DNA from: an uncultured delta proteobacterium
GTDB lineage: Bacteria > Myxococcota > Myxococcia > Myxococcales > Myxococcaceae
DNA length: 64,000 nucleotides
Direction of reading: 5' to 3'
Assembly (NCBI GenBank): GCA_963713045.1
Contig: CAVQKE010000004.1
Location: 480,001-544,000, forward strand
Both the position numbers and the translations under genes were made by a program. Below are positions 30,302 to 40,077 of this stretch, piece after piece (position 1 is the first letter of the stretch; every line of letters begins with the position of its first letter). Below the pieces are notes generated by a model. The model had not been told where the DNA came from, ran no database searches, and was given only the letters and a program-made list of their open reading frames with translations.

Positions 30302-31069
30302 CGCTGGCCAAGGACAGCTGGGCCGCGCTACGTCGCTACACACCAGCGCGCGTTGGGCTCGGTCGAACGGGTGTCTCACTGCCAACTCGGCGGCACCTCG
30401 AGCTGCAAGAATCGCTCGCCTTGGCACGCGACGCTGTCTATTCGGAATTTGAATCCAACGCCATCGCTGCTGAGCTCCGCGCTTGCGGGATGGAAGTCTT
30501 AGAATGCACATCGGCAGCTTCAGAATCGGGCCACCTATCTGCGCCGACCAGACCTTGGCCGGCGGTTGTCGCCTTCGAGTCGAACGGTTCTCGCATCTCG
30601 GGAGACCAGGGCCGTCGATCTCGGGCTGGTCGTGGCCGATGGCCTCTCAGCGACGGCTGCTCGACTTCATGCCGCGGGACTGCTCAGTGCCCTCCGTGAC
30701 TTGCTCCCGCCGGCAACGTGGCACCCGGGTCCAGTGGTGTTGGTTCAGCAGGGTAGGGTGGCCGTCGGAGATGAGATTGGGGCAATTTTTGGAGCTGATG
30801 CGGTCATCGTTCTCATTGGAGAACGGCCCGGGCTGAGCTCGATTGACTCGCTCGGAGTCTATGTCACATGGAAACCGCACATCGGCCGCCGCGACGCTGA
30901 ACGCAACTGTATTTCCAATATTAGGACGGGCGGTCTTTCTATCCCTGACGCCGCACACAGCCTGGCTTCCTTGCTGAGCGCCGCCCGGGCAAACGGCCGG
31001 ACTGGGGTCGCTCTCAGCCAGACACTTGCCTCCGGGAGGCCGCCTGACACGGCTCACCTCGAGGATTGA
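30298..31069 (+). pseudogene. eutC: Ethanolamine ammonia-lyase small subunit, +1 frameshift near 30520-30525
   Basis: TTG start overlaps the eutB stop; TPARVGLGRTG in one frame, RATYLRRPDLGRRL/VADGLSA/IGERPGL/RNCISNI in the next. Confidence 0.85.
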
Positions 31070-31099
31070 CGTTGTTGGCAAGGCGCAACGCAGGCGTTT

Positions 31100-33010
31100 T
31101 CAGCTCGCCTTCGCTTTGGAGAGAAGCTCTTCCCATCGTAGGTAGAGCTGATCTACCTCCGCCGTCGCCGCAGCGAGCGCCGCGGAGGCACCCATTGCGG
31201 CGCTGGTCTCGGAGTACACCGTAGGATCAGCGAGAGCGGCTTCGTGGGCCTCCTTACGTGCTTCAGCGGCTTGGATCGAAGCTTCGATGCGCTCCAACTC
31301 GCGTTGCTCCAAATAGCCGAGTTTTCCGATTTCAGCCCTCGCGGGTCGAAGCTTCGGCCGGGGATCCGCTGGTTGGAGGTGTGACCCGGGTCGCAGAGAG
31401 AATGCCTGTTGCATTTTCAGCGTTCGGTAGAGACTGAAGTTGCCAGGGTAGGCGACCACATTTCCTTCGTCCTCGACGGCCAGAATGCGCGTCGCGACCT
31501 TGTCTAGAAAGTAGCGATCGTGCGTCACGAGTAATACCGCCCCTTGAAAGCCCAGCAGCAGGCGCTCAAGCACGTTGAGCGTCACTAGGTCGAGGTCGTT
31601 GGTGGGCTCATCCAGGACGATCAGATTGGCGCCCATCAGGAAGATTCGTGCAAGAAGCAGACGGTTCCGTTCGCCGCCCGAGAGTGCCTTGACTTGCATC
31701 CGCTGCATTGGCACCGGGAAAAGTAAATCGTCCAGGTAGTCGCGAAGCGCGACCCGGCGCCCTCCCAGGTCGACAAAGTCCTCTGCCCACGCGGCCTCGT
31801 ACACCGTTTGCTCGGGGTTTAACTCCGCCCGAGCTTGGTCGTAATAGGCGATGCGGGTGTTTTTGCCCCGAATGACCTCTCCTACGGAGGGTAGAAGCTC
31901 CCCGATGAGGAGGCGCACGAGAGTTGTCTTTCCAGCGCCATTCGCACCGACGATCCCCACACGTTCGCCACCCTGAATGATGACATCCACATCACGAAGT
32001 ACTTCTCGAGGCCCATAGGCAAAGGCCGCCCGACGCGCTTCGAGCACGGTGTGGCCAAGTCGAGGTGATGCCACCGTCTGGAGCTCAGGCACCCGCGGCC
32101 GCACAAAGCCTCGTTCGGCCATGAGCTTTCGCGCCCGTTCGATGCGAGCCTTACTCTTGGTTCGCCGCGCCTCGGGACCTCGACGTAACCACGCGACTTC
32201 CTGCGCGATCCACCGGTCCCGCTTATGTTCTGCACGCTCGGCGTCTGCCTGTGCGACTAGCTTTTGCTCCAAGTAGTCCTGATAGTTCCCGGGGTATGAA
32301 ACAACGCCGGCCCCAGGTTGAATCTCGATGATTCGGTCCACAAGGTCATCCAGGAAGTAGCGGTCATGGGTGACGAGCACCAAAGCGCTATCCAGGTCGT
32401 CGAGCGCTTCCTCCAACCACTCGACGGTGTCAGCGTCGAGATGGTTGGTCGGTTCATCGAGCAACAGTAGGTCGGGCCGGGATAATAGAGCTCTGGCGAT
32501 AGCAACCCGCTTTTGAAGGCCACCGGAGAGCTCGCTAATGGACCGGTCCCAGTCCTGGACGCCCAATCGGTCGAGGAGCGTCCGAGCCAGGTGCTTGGTG
32601 TCCCAGCCACCTAGGTGTTCAATGCGCTCGGACAGCCTTGTGAGCTCTGCTACGCCCCGGTCCAAAGCCTGACCTGAGAGGCTGTCGAGTTGCTCGAGCT
32701 GTCTCTCATGCTCGGCGAGGGCCCGACGGAGTGGCGCCTGCGCAACGGACAGCTCGCCTGCGATGGTCGCGGCATCAGGGAAAGAAGGCTCCTGGGGTAG
32801 GTATGTAATTCGCGTGCCGCGCCGGAGCTGGCGCTGTCCGGCGTCCGGAAGAAGCTCACCGGACAGTAGCCGGAGCAGGGTGGACTTTCCCGACCCGTTG
32901 ACGCCTACAAGTCCGACGCGCTCACCCTCCTCCACAACGACAGTGAGGTCGTCGAAGAGAACGCGACTCCCAAACGAGAGCGAAAGATCGGCGGCACGAA
33001 GTAGGGTCAT
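31100..33010 (-). CDS. uup: ABC-F family ATPase (Uup-like)
   Basis: Two NBDs (GVNGSGKST, GANGAGKTT, LDEPTN), WLRRGPEARRTK linker, C-terminal coiled coil. Confidence 0.88.
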   Translation of the reverse strand: MTLLRAADLSLSFGSRVLFDDLTVVVEEGERVGLVGVNGSGKSTLLRLLSGELLPDAGQRQLRRGTRITYLPQEPSFPDAATIAGELSVAQAPLRRALAEHERQLEQLDSLSGQALDRGVAELTRLSERIEHLGGWDTKHLARTLLDRLGVQDWDRSISELSGGLQKRVAIARALLSRPDLLLLDEPTNHLDADTVEWLEEALDDLDSALVLVTHDRYFLDDLVDRIIEIQPGAGVVSYPGNYQDYLEQKLVAQADAERAEHKRDRWIAQEVAWLRRGPEARRTKSKARIERARKLMAERGFVRPRVPELQTVASPRLGHTVLEARRAAFAYGPREVLRDVDVIIQGGERVGIVGANGAGKTTLVRLLIGELLPSVGEVIRGKNTRIAYYDQARAELNPEQTVYEAAWAEDFVDLGGRRVALRDYLDDLLFPVPMQRMQVKALSGGERNRLLLARIFLMGANLIVLDEPTNDLDLVTLNVLERLLLGFQGAVLLVTHDRYFLDKVATRILAVEDEGNVVAYPGNFSLYRTLKMQQAFSLRPGSHLQPADPRPKLRPARAEIGKLGYLEQRELERIEASIQAAEARKEAHEAALADPTVYSETSAAMGASAALAAATAEVDQLYLRWEELLSKAKAS

Positions 33011-33091
33011 CGAGCGGATGGCATGCGCAAGACGCGAGCGCGAGTCAAGTGCTGCCAATCCCTGGGAGGGCCGGGATAGAGTGCGCTACCG

Positions 33092-33445
33092 ATGAGCGCA
33101 TGGTGCATCCTCCTGGCACTCTTGCTGGTCGCAGCCGGGGTAATGCACTTCGTTGCTCCTGCGGGCTACGCCCGCATCGTGCCCAAGTATCTCCCGGCGC
33201 CGCGTACGCTGGTCCTGGTGAGCGGAGTCTTCGAGATTCTAGGGGGCCTGGGGCTGCTCGTGCCGCAGACGCGCCCCTGGGCGGCTTGGGGACTGATTGC
33301 CCTGTTCATCGCGGTGTTCCCGGCCAACGTGAACATGGCCGTCAACCGCATTGGGTTCGGTCGTAAGCGTCCGCCATCATGGCTGTTGTGGGCGCGACTT
33401 CCTCTCCAGGCGGTCCTCATCGCCTGGGCTTACGTCTTCACATGA
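33092..33445 (+). CDS. DoxX-like membrane protein
   Basis: AGVMHF, SGVFEI.GG, AVFPANV, RLPLQ. Confidence 0.8.
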   Translation: MSAWCILLALLLVAAGVMHFVAPAGYARIVPKYLPAPRTLVLVSGVFEILGGLGLLVPQTRPWAAWGLIALFIAVFPANVNMAVNRIGFGRKRPPSWLLWARLPLQAVLIAWAYVFT

Positions 33446-33470
33446 GCTTGGGATCGGCAAGGAGGTCGCG

Positions 33471-33884
33471 ATGGCAGGCTACTCGAGCACGCCGCTTCCC
33501 AAGAAGCTTGGCATCAGGGAAGGCCAGCGCGTGGCCCTCATCGGCGCGCCTCGAGACTTCGCGGAAACCTTAGGTGAGCTCCCGAGCGGAGCCACGGTTC
33601 ACCGGAAAGTTTCGGCCAGATTAATGCCGCAAGTGGTCGTGTGGTTCGTATCGCGCCGCGCGGAGCTGGAGGGACGATTGAGCGCGCTTCGTGGGCAGAT
33701 GGCGCCCGCGACGAGCCTGTGGGTTGCGTGGCCCAAGAAGTCGTCCGGCGTCTCGACTGACGTGAGCGAGAATGGGATTCGCGAAGTCGCGCTTCCGACC
33801 GGTCTGGTCGACAACAAGGTGTGCGCGATTGACGAGACGTGGTCGGGGCTGCGCCTGGTGATCCGGCTTGAGCACCGCCGTTGA
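33471..33884 (+). CDS. DUF3052 family protein
   Basis: MAGYSSTPLPKKLGI, WVAWPKK, GLVDNKVCAIDETWSGL; AAGGAGG RBS. Confidence 0.85.
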   Translation: MAGYSSTPLPKKLGIREGQRVALIGAPRDFAETLGELPSGATVHRKVSARLMPQVVVWFVSRRAELEGRLSALRGQMAPATSLWVAWPKKSSGVSTDVSENGIREVALPTGLVDNKVCAIDETWSGLRLVIRLEHRR

Positions 33885-33927
33885 GCTACATCGGTACCGA
33901 ATTAGAGCGTCGCCCGGAGCTTCAGAG

Positions 33928-34248
33928 ATGAGCACGACCAGCGAGCACGTCATCATCTGGCAGTTCAGCGTTCGACCAGGACAGGAGGCCGACTTCGAGA
34001 CCGCCTATGGGCCGAAGGGGGAGTGGGCCAAGCTATTCGCTTTGAGTGCGGACTACCTAGGAACGGTGCTGCTACGAAACTCCGCTGATCCGCGGTGTTA
34101 CATGACCATTGATCGGTGGGCCTCGGCCGCTGCCTTCAGGCTTTTTCGCGAAACGCACGAGGCTGACTACGGAGCGCTAGACGCCAAGTGCGGGGCGTTG
34201 ACCGAAGCTGAGGTTGCGTCCGGAAGCTGGATGCCGGTTTGGCCGTAG
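33928..34248 (+). CDS. ABM-like (dimeric alpha/beta barrel) protein
   Basis: FSVRPGQEADFE.AYG...YMTIDRW. Confidence 0.7.
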   Translation: MSTTSEHVIIWQFSVRPGQEADFETAYGPKGEWAKLFALSADYLGTVLLRNSADPRCYMTIDRWASAAAFRLFRETHEADYGALDAKCGALTEAEVASGSWMPVWP

Positions 34249-34266
34249 TTGACATAACGCACATTA

Positions 34267-35067
34267 TCAGACGTTCGGCCGCGAGGGACTTCTCAGTGTC
34301 AGTGAAGGAATGAAACCTCCCAGCAACCGGACAACGGGCTGCATGCCGCGGCGACGAACCCGGTCCCACCCCACGACCAGTAAGAGCAGATAGAAGCCGA
34401 AAGAGACGAGCACGTGCCACCACGCATGAAACTGCGGATTCGGGAGCCCACAAGCGGTCAATTGGGTCTTCAGCGCATCGCACCAGCGCAGGTCGATGAA
34501 CCAAAGCACGATGGCAGCGCCGTAGACGGCGATTCCGATCCGGAAGAGCCTTCGAACGGGCGCGTTCTGCAAGTCCCTACTCAGTCGATACACGCGCAGC
34601 AGGCAGAACAACTCAAGGAGAGCGAAGCTCACCTGAAACGCGTAGAACTGGAACTGACCACGCAAGAAGACTGCGGACAGCGTCGCGAGGAGCGCGTAGC
34701 CGAGCAAGAGACAAGGAAGCCACAGGCCGAAGTGCCGTATCGGTCCAGGTTCCGCGAGGAGATAGGCCATCAGTGTGACGAGGTAAAGCATCGGAAGCTC
34801 GTCGAGCATTTGGAATTCGAATCTCAACGTTCCGTGAAACCCTACGCTCCCGACACCGACGAGAAACAACAGGCCAAAAGCCATAAGAATCAGCGGGTTG
34901 AGCACTCTTCGATGAAGGAGGGCTCCCACGGCGCCGGCGGCAACCATGGCGAGGCTCGAAACGGTATTGAAGAACTCGCAGATGTAGGGTGTGACGACGT
35001 AGTTCGCTTCGCACCAGTCCACCGTAGAGGTCGGCGCTCCCCAAAACCCCGGCACGCCCGCGCTCAC
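34267..35067 (-). CDS. Alkaline ceramidase (CREST superfamily, ACER3/Ypc1-like)
   Basis: FWGAPTSTVDWCEANY...EFFNT, SxxxH (SVGFH), QMLDELPM, QFHAWWH, about 7 TM helices. Confidence 0.9.
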   Translation of the reverse strand: MSAGVPGFWGAPTSTVDWCEANYVVTPYICEFFNTVSSLAMVAAGAVGALLHRRVLNPLILMAFGLLFLVGVGSVGFHGTLRFEFQMLDELPMLYLVTLMAYLLAEPGPIRHFGLWLPCLLLGYALLATLSAVFLRGQFQFYAFQVSFALLELFCLLRVYRLSRDLQNAPVRRLFRIGIAVYGAAIVLWFIDLRWCDALKTQLTACGLPNPQFHAWWHVLVSFGFYLLLLVVGWDRVRRRGMQPVVRLLGGFIPSLTLRSPSRPNV

Positions 35068-35101
35068 GATTGACGCTGGGTCAGACCAGGCGTGGTCGCG
35101 T

Positions 35102-36067
35102 TCACGCGCCGCTCACAGCTGCGACCCGGTCGCCAGCAGGCGACCACCAGGTTCCACCCACTGGAAGAATGTGCAGACGGCGCGGCGCTAGCCCTACCCG
35201 CGCCCACTCCTGTTTCAGTCGACGCGGCGGTTCGTCAAGCGGCTCGTCTGTCAGCTTAAACGTCCCCCAATGCATCGCCAGGAAGTCCCTGGCCCCCAGG
35301 TCCAAATAGGCCTGAACCGCTTGCTCGGGATTCATGTGCTGAGATTCCATGAACCAAGACGGCTCATAGGCCCCAATGGGAAGCATCGCCCCAGCCAGTT
35401 CTGGGAACCGCTTCCCGATTTCAGTGAACCCAGAAAAATAGGCAGTGTCTCCTGAGTGGTAAACGCGGGCGCCGTCCCCCTCGATGACGAAGCCGCCCCA
35501 AAGCATCTCATTCGCATCGAAGAGATACCGGCGACTCCAGTGTTGGCTTGGAACAAAGTGCGCCGTCGTGGAGCCGATGGATGCTGAATCCCACCAGCCC
35601 AATTCGTGGGTCTCGAGGCCAGCCTTTCGAAGCAAAGGTGAAGTCCCCTGCCCTGCCCACACCGGAGCGGCTACGTGCCGGAGCGTTGGGAGATCCAGGT
35701 GGTCGTAATGGTTGTGGGTCACCAGGCACGCATCAATTCGTGGCAGCTGCTCCAACCGGAGACCGGGCGGCACGTTTCGTCGGATGACCCCCGAGATCCG
35801 CTCGCTGAGGACGGGGTCGATGAGTATCGAGGTGCCAGCGACCTGGACGAGCCAGCTCGCATGGCCCAGCCACGTCAAACGAAACCCCTGGCCAGCCAAC
35901 GGGGGCTGGGAGAGGGCAGCGACGTCTGCCTCAGCAATCGGGACCGGCGCGCGCGATGGCGTCCGGCGTCGGTGGCCGGTCAGCCTATCGACCACCAACC
36001 AGCGTAGGACGTCTCGCGTGGGACGCGGACCCGTGCCATCCAGATTTAGGTACCGAAGTGTCTTCAC
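35102..36067 (-). CDS. MBL-fold hydrolase, NAPE-PLD/RomA-like
   Basis: THNHYDHLD, PSQHWSRR, SGDTAY, PIGAYEP.WFM..QH, MHWGTF. Confidence 0.88.
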   Translation of the reverse strand: MKTLRYLNLDGTGPRPTRDVLRWLVVDRLTGHRRRTPSRAPVPIAEADVAALSQPPLAGQGFRLTWLGHASWLVQVAGTSILIDPVLSERISGVIRRNVPPGLRLEQLPRIDACLVTHNHYDHLDLPTLRHVAAPVWAGQGTSPLLRKAGLETHELGWWDSASIGSTTAHFVPSQHWSRRYLFDANEMLWGGFVIEGDGARVYHSGDTAYFSGFTEIGKRFPELAGAMLPIGAYEPSWFMESQHMNPEQAVQAYLDLGARDFLAMHWGTFKLTDEPLDEPPRRLKQEWARVGLAPRRLHILPVGGTWWSPAGDRVAAVSGA

Positions 36068-36102
36068 GTTTTCCTACCTAATCCCCTAGCGTCTGGTCTT
36101 CC

Positions 36103-36654
36103 ATGAAGAAGCAGCTGCATTGCTGGGCTCCCGCGCTTGGGGCGATTTTGATTCTTGCGGCGGGCTGCGGCCCTCGCCTCGGGGCTGCCGCGGATGCCGG
36201 TGTGCTCCTCGTCACGTCAACCGACGCCGGCCCAGCTGTGGCGCTCGAGTTTCGGATTGAAGTCCAACAACCCGACGGCGGGCGAGTCTCCGCCGTGCTC
36301 GACCCGGCCGTGGTCGCGGTCCTCCCAGTAACTCGGGCGCTGGACGTCACCGCAAATCTGCCGCTTCAGAACTACCGGGTCCGCATCTTTGACGAAATCG
36401 ACCGGGCCCTTGCTTCAGACGACAGCCCCGACGAGACGTCCGCCGGACTCCGCTACCACGTCGGCCTATTGGCTCCCCTCCGGGCTGGGCACCGCTACGT
36501 TGTGTTGGTTGACGCCCAAAAAGGGTCGGCTTTCGAAGATGGAAGTGGTGCGAGCCAAACTGAACGCCGGTTTGAATTTCGGACCGAAGGCGAGCGAGAA
36601 AAGGACGTTCCGGTGAAGGGGACCCAGGTCAAACACCGCCATCGTGGTACCTGA
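36103..36654 (+). CDS. Hypothetical lipoprotein
   Basis: Lipobox LAAGC; beta-rich body. Confidence 0.65.
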   Translation: MKKQLHCWAPALGAILILAAGCGPRLGAAADAGVLLVTSTDAGPAVALEFRIEVQQPDGGRVSAVLDPAVVAVLPVTRALDVTANLPLQNYRVRIFDEIDRALASDDSPDETSAGLRYHVGLLAPLRAGHRYVVLVDAQKGSAFEDGSGASQTERRFEFRTEGEREKDVPVKGTQVKHRHRGT

Positions 36655-36752
36655 GGCCGACCACGCTCGGCAGGGCTGGGAGCGGCGTCAGCTGATGCGA
36701 CCTGGTTCCTATCCCGACTGTCTTCGTTAGACGAGCAGTGACGCCAAGTCAG

Positions 36753-37571
36753 CTAACCCAGCCCAAGGACGAGACGGCTCACGTCGTAGAGGACCTCCCC
36801 ACGTTCCCACACTGAGATTCGCTCTCCGTCGAACGCCAGCTGCTCAACCGCCAGGTTGTAGGTGGCATCCGCGAGCGCGCGGAGCTGAAAAGCGTCGTAA
36901 AGGTTGTACTCGACCAGAAACCTCAGTGCCGCCAGCTCGTCATTGACTAGCCAGGTCCGCCAGAGGAGCACGGCCTGGAAACCGCTTACCCCACGAAGAT
37001 GTGGCGGCCGCGGAATGCCAACCAGCTGCTCCACAGCCTTGAGGCCTCCCCGAAGCCCCACGCGCCTGCAAAGATGGCGCAGGTCTAGGTGCACGACCGG
37101 CTCCGGCAGCTGCGGACAGTGCTTCCTTAGGACGGGAACATCGAAGCAGCGACCATTAAAGGTTACCCAAAGTCGGGAGCGGGAAAGGGCCTCCGGAAGG
37201 GCCTCCAGATTCCGTCCTCGCACAAAAACGTGAAGCCCTCTCTGGTCAAAGAGGCTGACCACGGTCGGCTGGCCGTTTGCAGCACCATCCGTCTCAATGT
37301 CGAGGAAGACCGCCTCATCCAAGAAGACCGGGTAAAGGCGCCAGTGCTCACGTGAGGGCAAGAGCCCCGCCAGGCGCGGAAGGTCTCGGTCGGCCAGCGC
37401 GGTTTCAGCCTCCGCGATCCGCGCTACGAGCGATTCGGCCTGCCTGGAAGGCAGCTCGCTGAGCTGCGGTGCATCGCGAAAGGCGTCCCAGCTGAGGAGA
37501 CCACGCGACCAAAGATCTCGCTCCCGCCAAGGGCCAATCCCCGGCAAGAGCTGAAACGAGCGCTCAATCAC
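36753..37571 (-). CDS. RNase H-like (YprB/RNase_H_2) exonuclease
   Basis: LPGIGP HhH-like start, FLDIET, TFNG..FD, GGLKAVE, YNLYD. Confidence 0.85.
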   Translation of the reverse strand: MIERSFQLLPGIGPWRERDLWSRGLLSWDAFRDAPQLSELPSRQAESLVARIAEAETALADRDLPRLAGLLPSREHWRLYPVFLDEAVFLDIETDGAANGQPTVVSLFDQRGLHVFVRGRNLEALPEALSRSRLWVTFNGRCFDVPVLRKHCPQLPEPVVHLDLRHLCRRVGLRGGLKAVEQLVGIPRPPHLRGVSGFQAVLLWRTWLVNDELAALRFLVEYNLYDAFQLRALADATYNLAVEQLAFDGERISVWERGEVLYDVSRLVLGLG

Positions 37572-38002
37572 CCCAGGAGTCTGCCTCGTCCCTCCGACGC
37601 CTCCTGTAGCAAGGCTTGGACTAGGGGCCAGTCGGCCTCGCAGAATGGCAGGGCTCTTAACTCTTCCGAAGTGGCGCTTTTGAGCACCTGCCCTGCTTGA
37701 GCTCTTGGGGTGCCACCCACAATTCGCGCCTGGTACACGTACAGATCGACTTCAGTCTCGGGGTAGGTGTGATGCGTATGGAAGCGCTCTGGTCCGATTT
37801 CGAGGTCCACCCCGAGCTCTTCATGAGCTTCCCGACGTAGCGCAGAGTCGTCCGACTCTCCCTGCTCTACCTTTCCGCCGGGAAATTCCCACAGGAGGCC
37901 ACGTTGCTTTCCGGCGGGACGTTGCTGGACGAGGACACGTCTTCCGCCGTCAATGGCAATGAGCGCCGCAACTACCCGCACTCGGCGGGTAAGTGGGCTC
38001 AT
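37568..38002 (-). CDS. MutT-like NUDIX hydrolase
   Basis: WEFPGGKVEQGE...ALRREAHEELG. Confidence 0.9.
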   Translation of the reverse strand: MSPLTRRVRVVAALIAIDGGRRVLVQQRPAGKQRGLLWEFPGGKVEQGESDDSALRREAHEELGVDLEIGPERFHTHHTYPETEVDLYVYQARIVGGTPRAQAGQVLKSATSEELRALPFCEADWPLVQALLQEASEGRGRLLG

Positions 38003-39147
38003 CCCGAGCCCCGCGCGACGTTCATTTCGAGTGAGTAAACGAATCCGAGGTTGGACAGCAAATACACATTGAGGCCGTGAACCTCCGGAGTCGCCGTGAT
38101 GCCCCTTCCCGGATCGAAACGAAGTCGGACTAAGCCAGAAGACGGGTCAACGAAAAGCAAGGCCGCACCTGTCGGCACCAGCAACCACCCTGCGGCCAAT
38201 GCGGGCTGAAGGCCTGCGCGATCGACAAGCTTCGTTGTCCACAGCACTTTACCCGAAGAAGTCTCGACCGCGATGATTCGCGCGTCGCCACTCGCATAGA
38301 CCACGTCGCCCTTCCCCACCAGGCCCACCATGCCGGTGATGACGGTTTGCCAGATTGTCTCGCCGCTGCCCGGGTCGACGCAGAACAATCCGTCCCTATA
38401 GTCGGCGACGATGACGTTGCCCTTGGGGTCGAACACGGGCGGGGAATCGACGTCGATGAATTGACCGCTAGCGGAAAGAGAGCGATCCCACACGACCGCG
38501 CCACTCTCGAGTCGTAGTGCCGAGAAATGACCGTCGGAAAACCCGACGTAGACAACTCCGTCGCGCACTGCAGGACGACTCGCGCCACGGATGGTGAACC
38601 CAGCGGGTGTGTCTCGGCGATACTGCCAAAGCCACTTCCCAGTCGCTGCCTCGATGGCGAAGAGCGTGTCATTCTGCGACGCCACCAAGACCCGTCCGTC
38701 GGCGACAACCGGGACGGTTACCAAGTCTTCGCCGGTTTCATATTTCCAGAAGAGCTCACCGGTGTCGGCGCGAAAACAGTAAAGAAAGCCGTCCCCTCCT
38801 GGAGCAAACACGAAGCCGTCAACAACCTCTGGCCCGGCACTGAAGGGCTGCCCGGCGACAAACCGCCAGATGACCCGCCCCCTGTTGTCAACACTTCGTA
38901 GAACGCCATCGCGTGTTCCGGCAACCACGCGCTGGTTGATGCTGTCGGCGCCGGGCCGCGCCGGTTCTCGAGGGCCAAACTCCAGAGTGGGCGCGTCGAC
39001 CAGCTTTTGCCACCAGGTGATGGTGTAGATGGCCAACACGTCGGTGTCGATCTTCTGGTACGGATCAATGGCATAGCCACGGCGAGCGCTGGCGCAGCCG
39101 GCAGTCGCTGCGAGGAAGAGTAGAAACGCTCGCGAAGGCCTCCTCAT
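37999..39147 (-). CDS. bamB: BamB-like PQQ-repeat propeller lipoprotein
   Basis: Lipobox TAGC, repeated tG...W blades, next to yfgM-like gene and der. Confidence 0.75.
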   Translation of the reverse strand: MRRPSRAFLLFLAATAGCASARRGYAIDPYQKIDTDVLAIYTITWWQKLVDAPTLEFGPREPARPGADSINQRVVAGTRDGVLRSVDNRGRVIWRFVAGQPFSAGPEVVDGFVFAPGGDGFLYCFRADTGELFWKYETGEDLVTVPVVADGRVLVASQNDTLFAIEAATGKWLWQYRRDTPAGFTIRGASRPAVRDGVVYVGFSDGHFSALRLESGAVVWDRSLSASGQFIDVDSPPVFDPKGNVIVADYRDGLFCVDPGSGETIWQTVITGMVGLVGKGDVVYASGDARIIAVETSSGKVLWTTKLVDRAGLQPALAAGWLLVPTGAALLFVDPSSGLVRLRFDPGRGITATPEVHGLNVYLLSNLGFVYSLEMNVARGSG

Positions 39148-39935
39148 CCAGCGTCCGGACGGGCTGGCACAGCCACTTGAGCCTTTAAAGCTGCCGGAGG
39201 CTGGATACCCTGGGCTGCAAGTAACGCCAGTCGGTCCTGCGCCAGAGTGGCAGCTGCCGTTCCGGGCTTGTTGGTTACGACCTCCTCAAAGGCCTGGGCA
39301 GCCTCTAGCTTTTTCCCTTGAAGGACAAGGACTCGTGCGCGGTGGTACAGGCCCATCCCAGCGAGGAATCCCCCTGCATCCTCTCGACTCATCAGGTCAA
39401 AGGCTTCGAGCGCGCGCTCGAGTTCCCCCTTCGCCTCCCAAGCGTATCCCTCGCCTTCCAGTGCCGACACTCGCAGCAGCTGTCCCGGGGTAGATCGCGA
39501 AAGGAAATCGGCGAAGTGCGCAAGTGCGCCGTCGGACTGCGCAAGCCGAAGTTCGCCGTCTCCCAGCGGAAGCGCGGCAGTCGTTGCGGGGAGCGTGCCC
39601 GCGAACTCCGCTCGAAAAGGGGTAAGCGCAGCGACAAGAGCCTGATCCTTTTCGGCTTGGCTAGCGTAGGGCGTTTGGTCGTCGCCGGGAACGGCTTCCC
39701 CCACGGGCCGGTCGAGCACTTTGAGCGCATGGCCGAGTCCGCGGGCGGCCAGCTGGGCACGTCGGTTGGCGAGCGAGGAGACGACCCCTGCGACCAGCGC
39801 CGCGACCACCACAAGGACCGCCGCCCCTAACAAGACGATGCGGCGCTGCTCGAGCCAGCGGCGAACGACGGAGCCGACGCGCTGAAACGCGTCAGGAGCC
39901 CGCAACTCCTTCTGAGTGAGGCGGTGGGTGGACAA
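39144..39935 (-). CDS. YfgM-like membrane-anchored TPR protein
   Basis: ELRAPDAF, single TM helix, TPR-like helices. Confidence 0.75.
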   Translation of the reverse strand: MSTHRLTQKELRAPDAFQRVGSVVRRWLEQRRIVLLGAAVLVVVAALVAGVVSSLANRRAQLAARGLGHALKVLDRPVGEAVPGDDQTPYASQAEKDQALVAALTPFRAEFAGTLPATTAALPLGDGELRLAQSDGALAHFADFLSRSTPGQLLRVSALEGEGYAWEAKGELERALEAFDLMSREDAGGFLAGMGLYHRARVLVLQGKKLEAAQAFEEVVTNKPGTAAATLAQDRLALLAAQGIQPPAALKAQVAVPARPDAG

Positions 39936-40077
39936 CCGTCATTCTCCTGGCCAAAGGGGCGCGGGACTGTAGTGACCGCTGGAGCAGTGTGTCAACGAAG
40001 ACAAAGCGGCACCGCCACAAACTTCGAGCGCGAGATGCCCTTGGGGCATTCTTGCCCCGCCAACACTGCATCGGACG

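Noticed and set aside
36753..38002. Nuclease + NUDIX pair as an anti-phage system
   Set aside because: Translationally coupled to the housekeeping yfgM-bamB genes downstream of der; no defence context.
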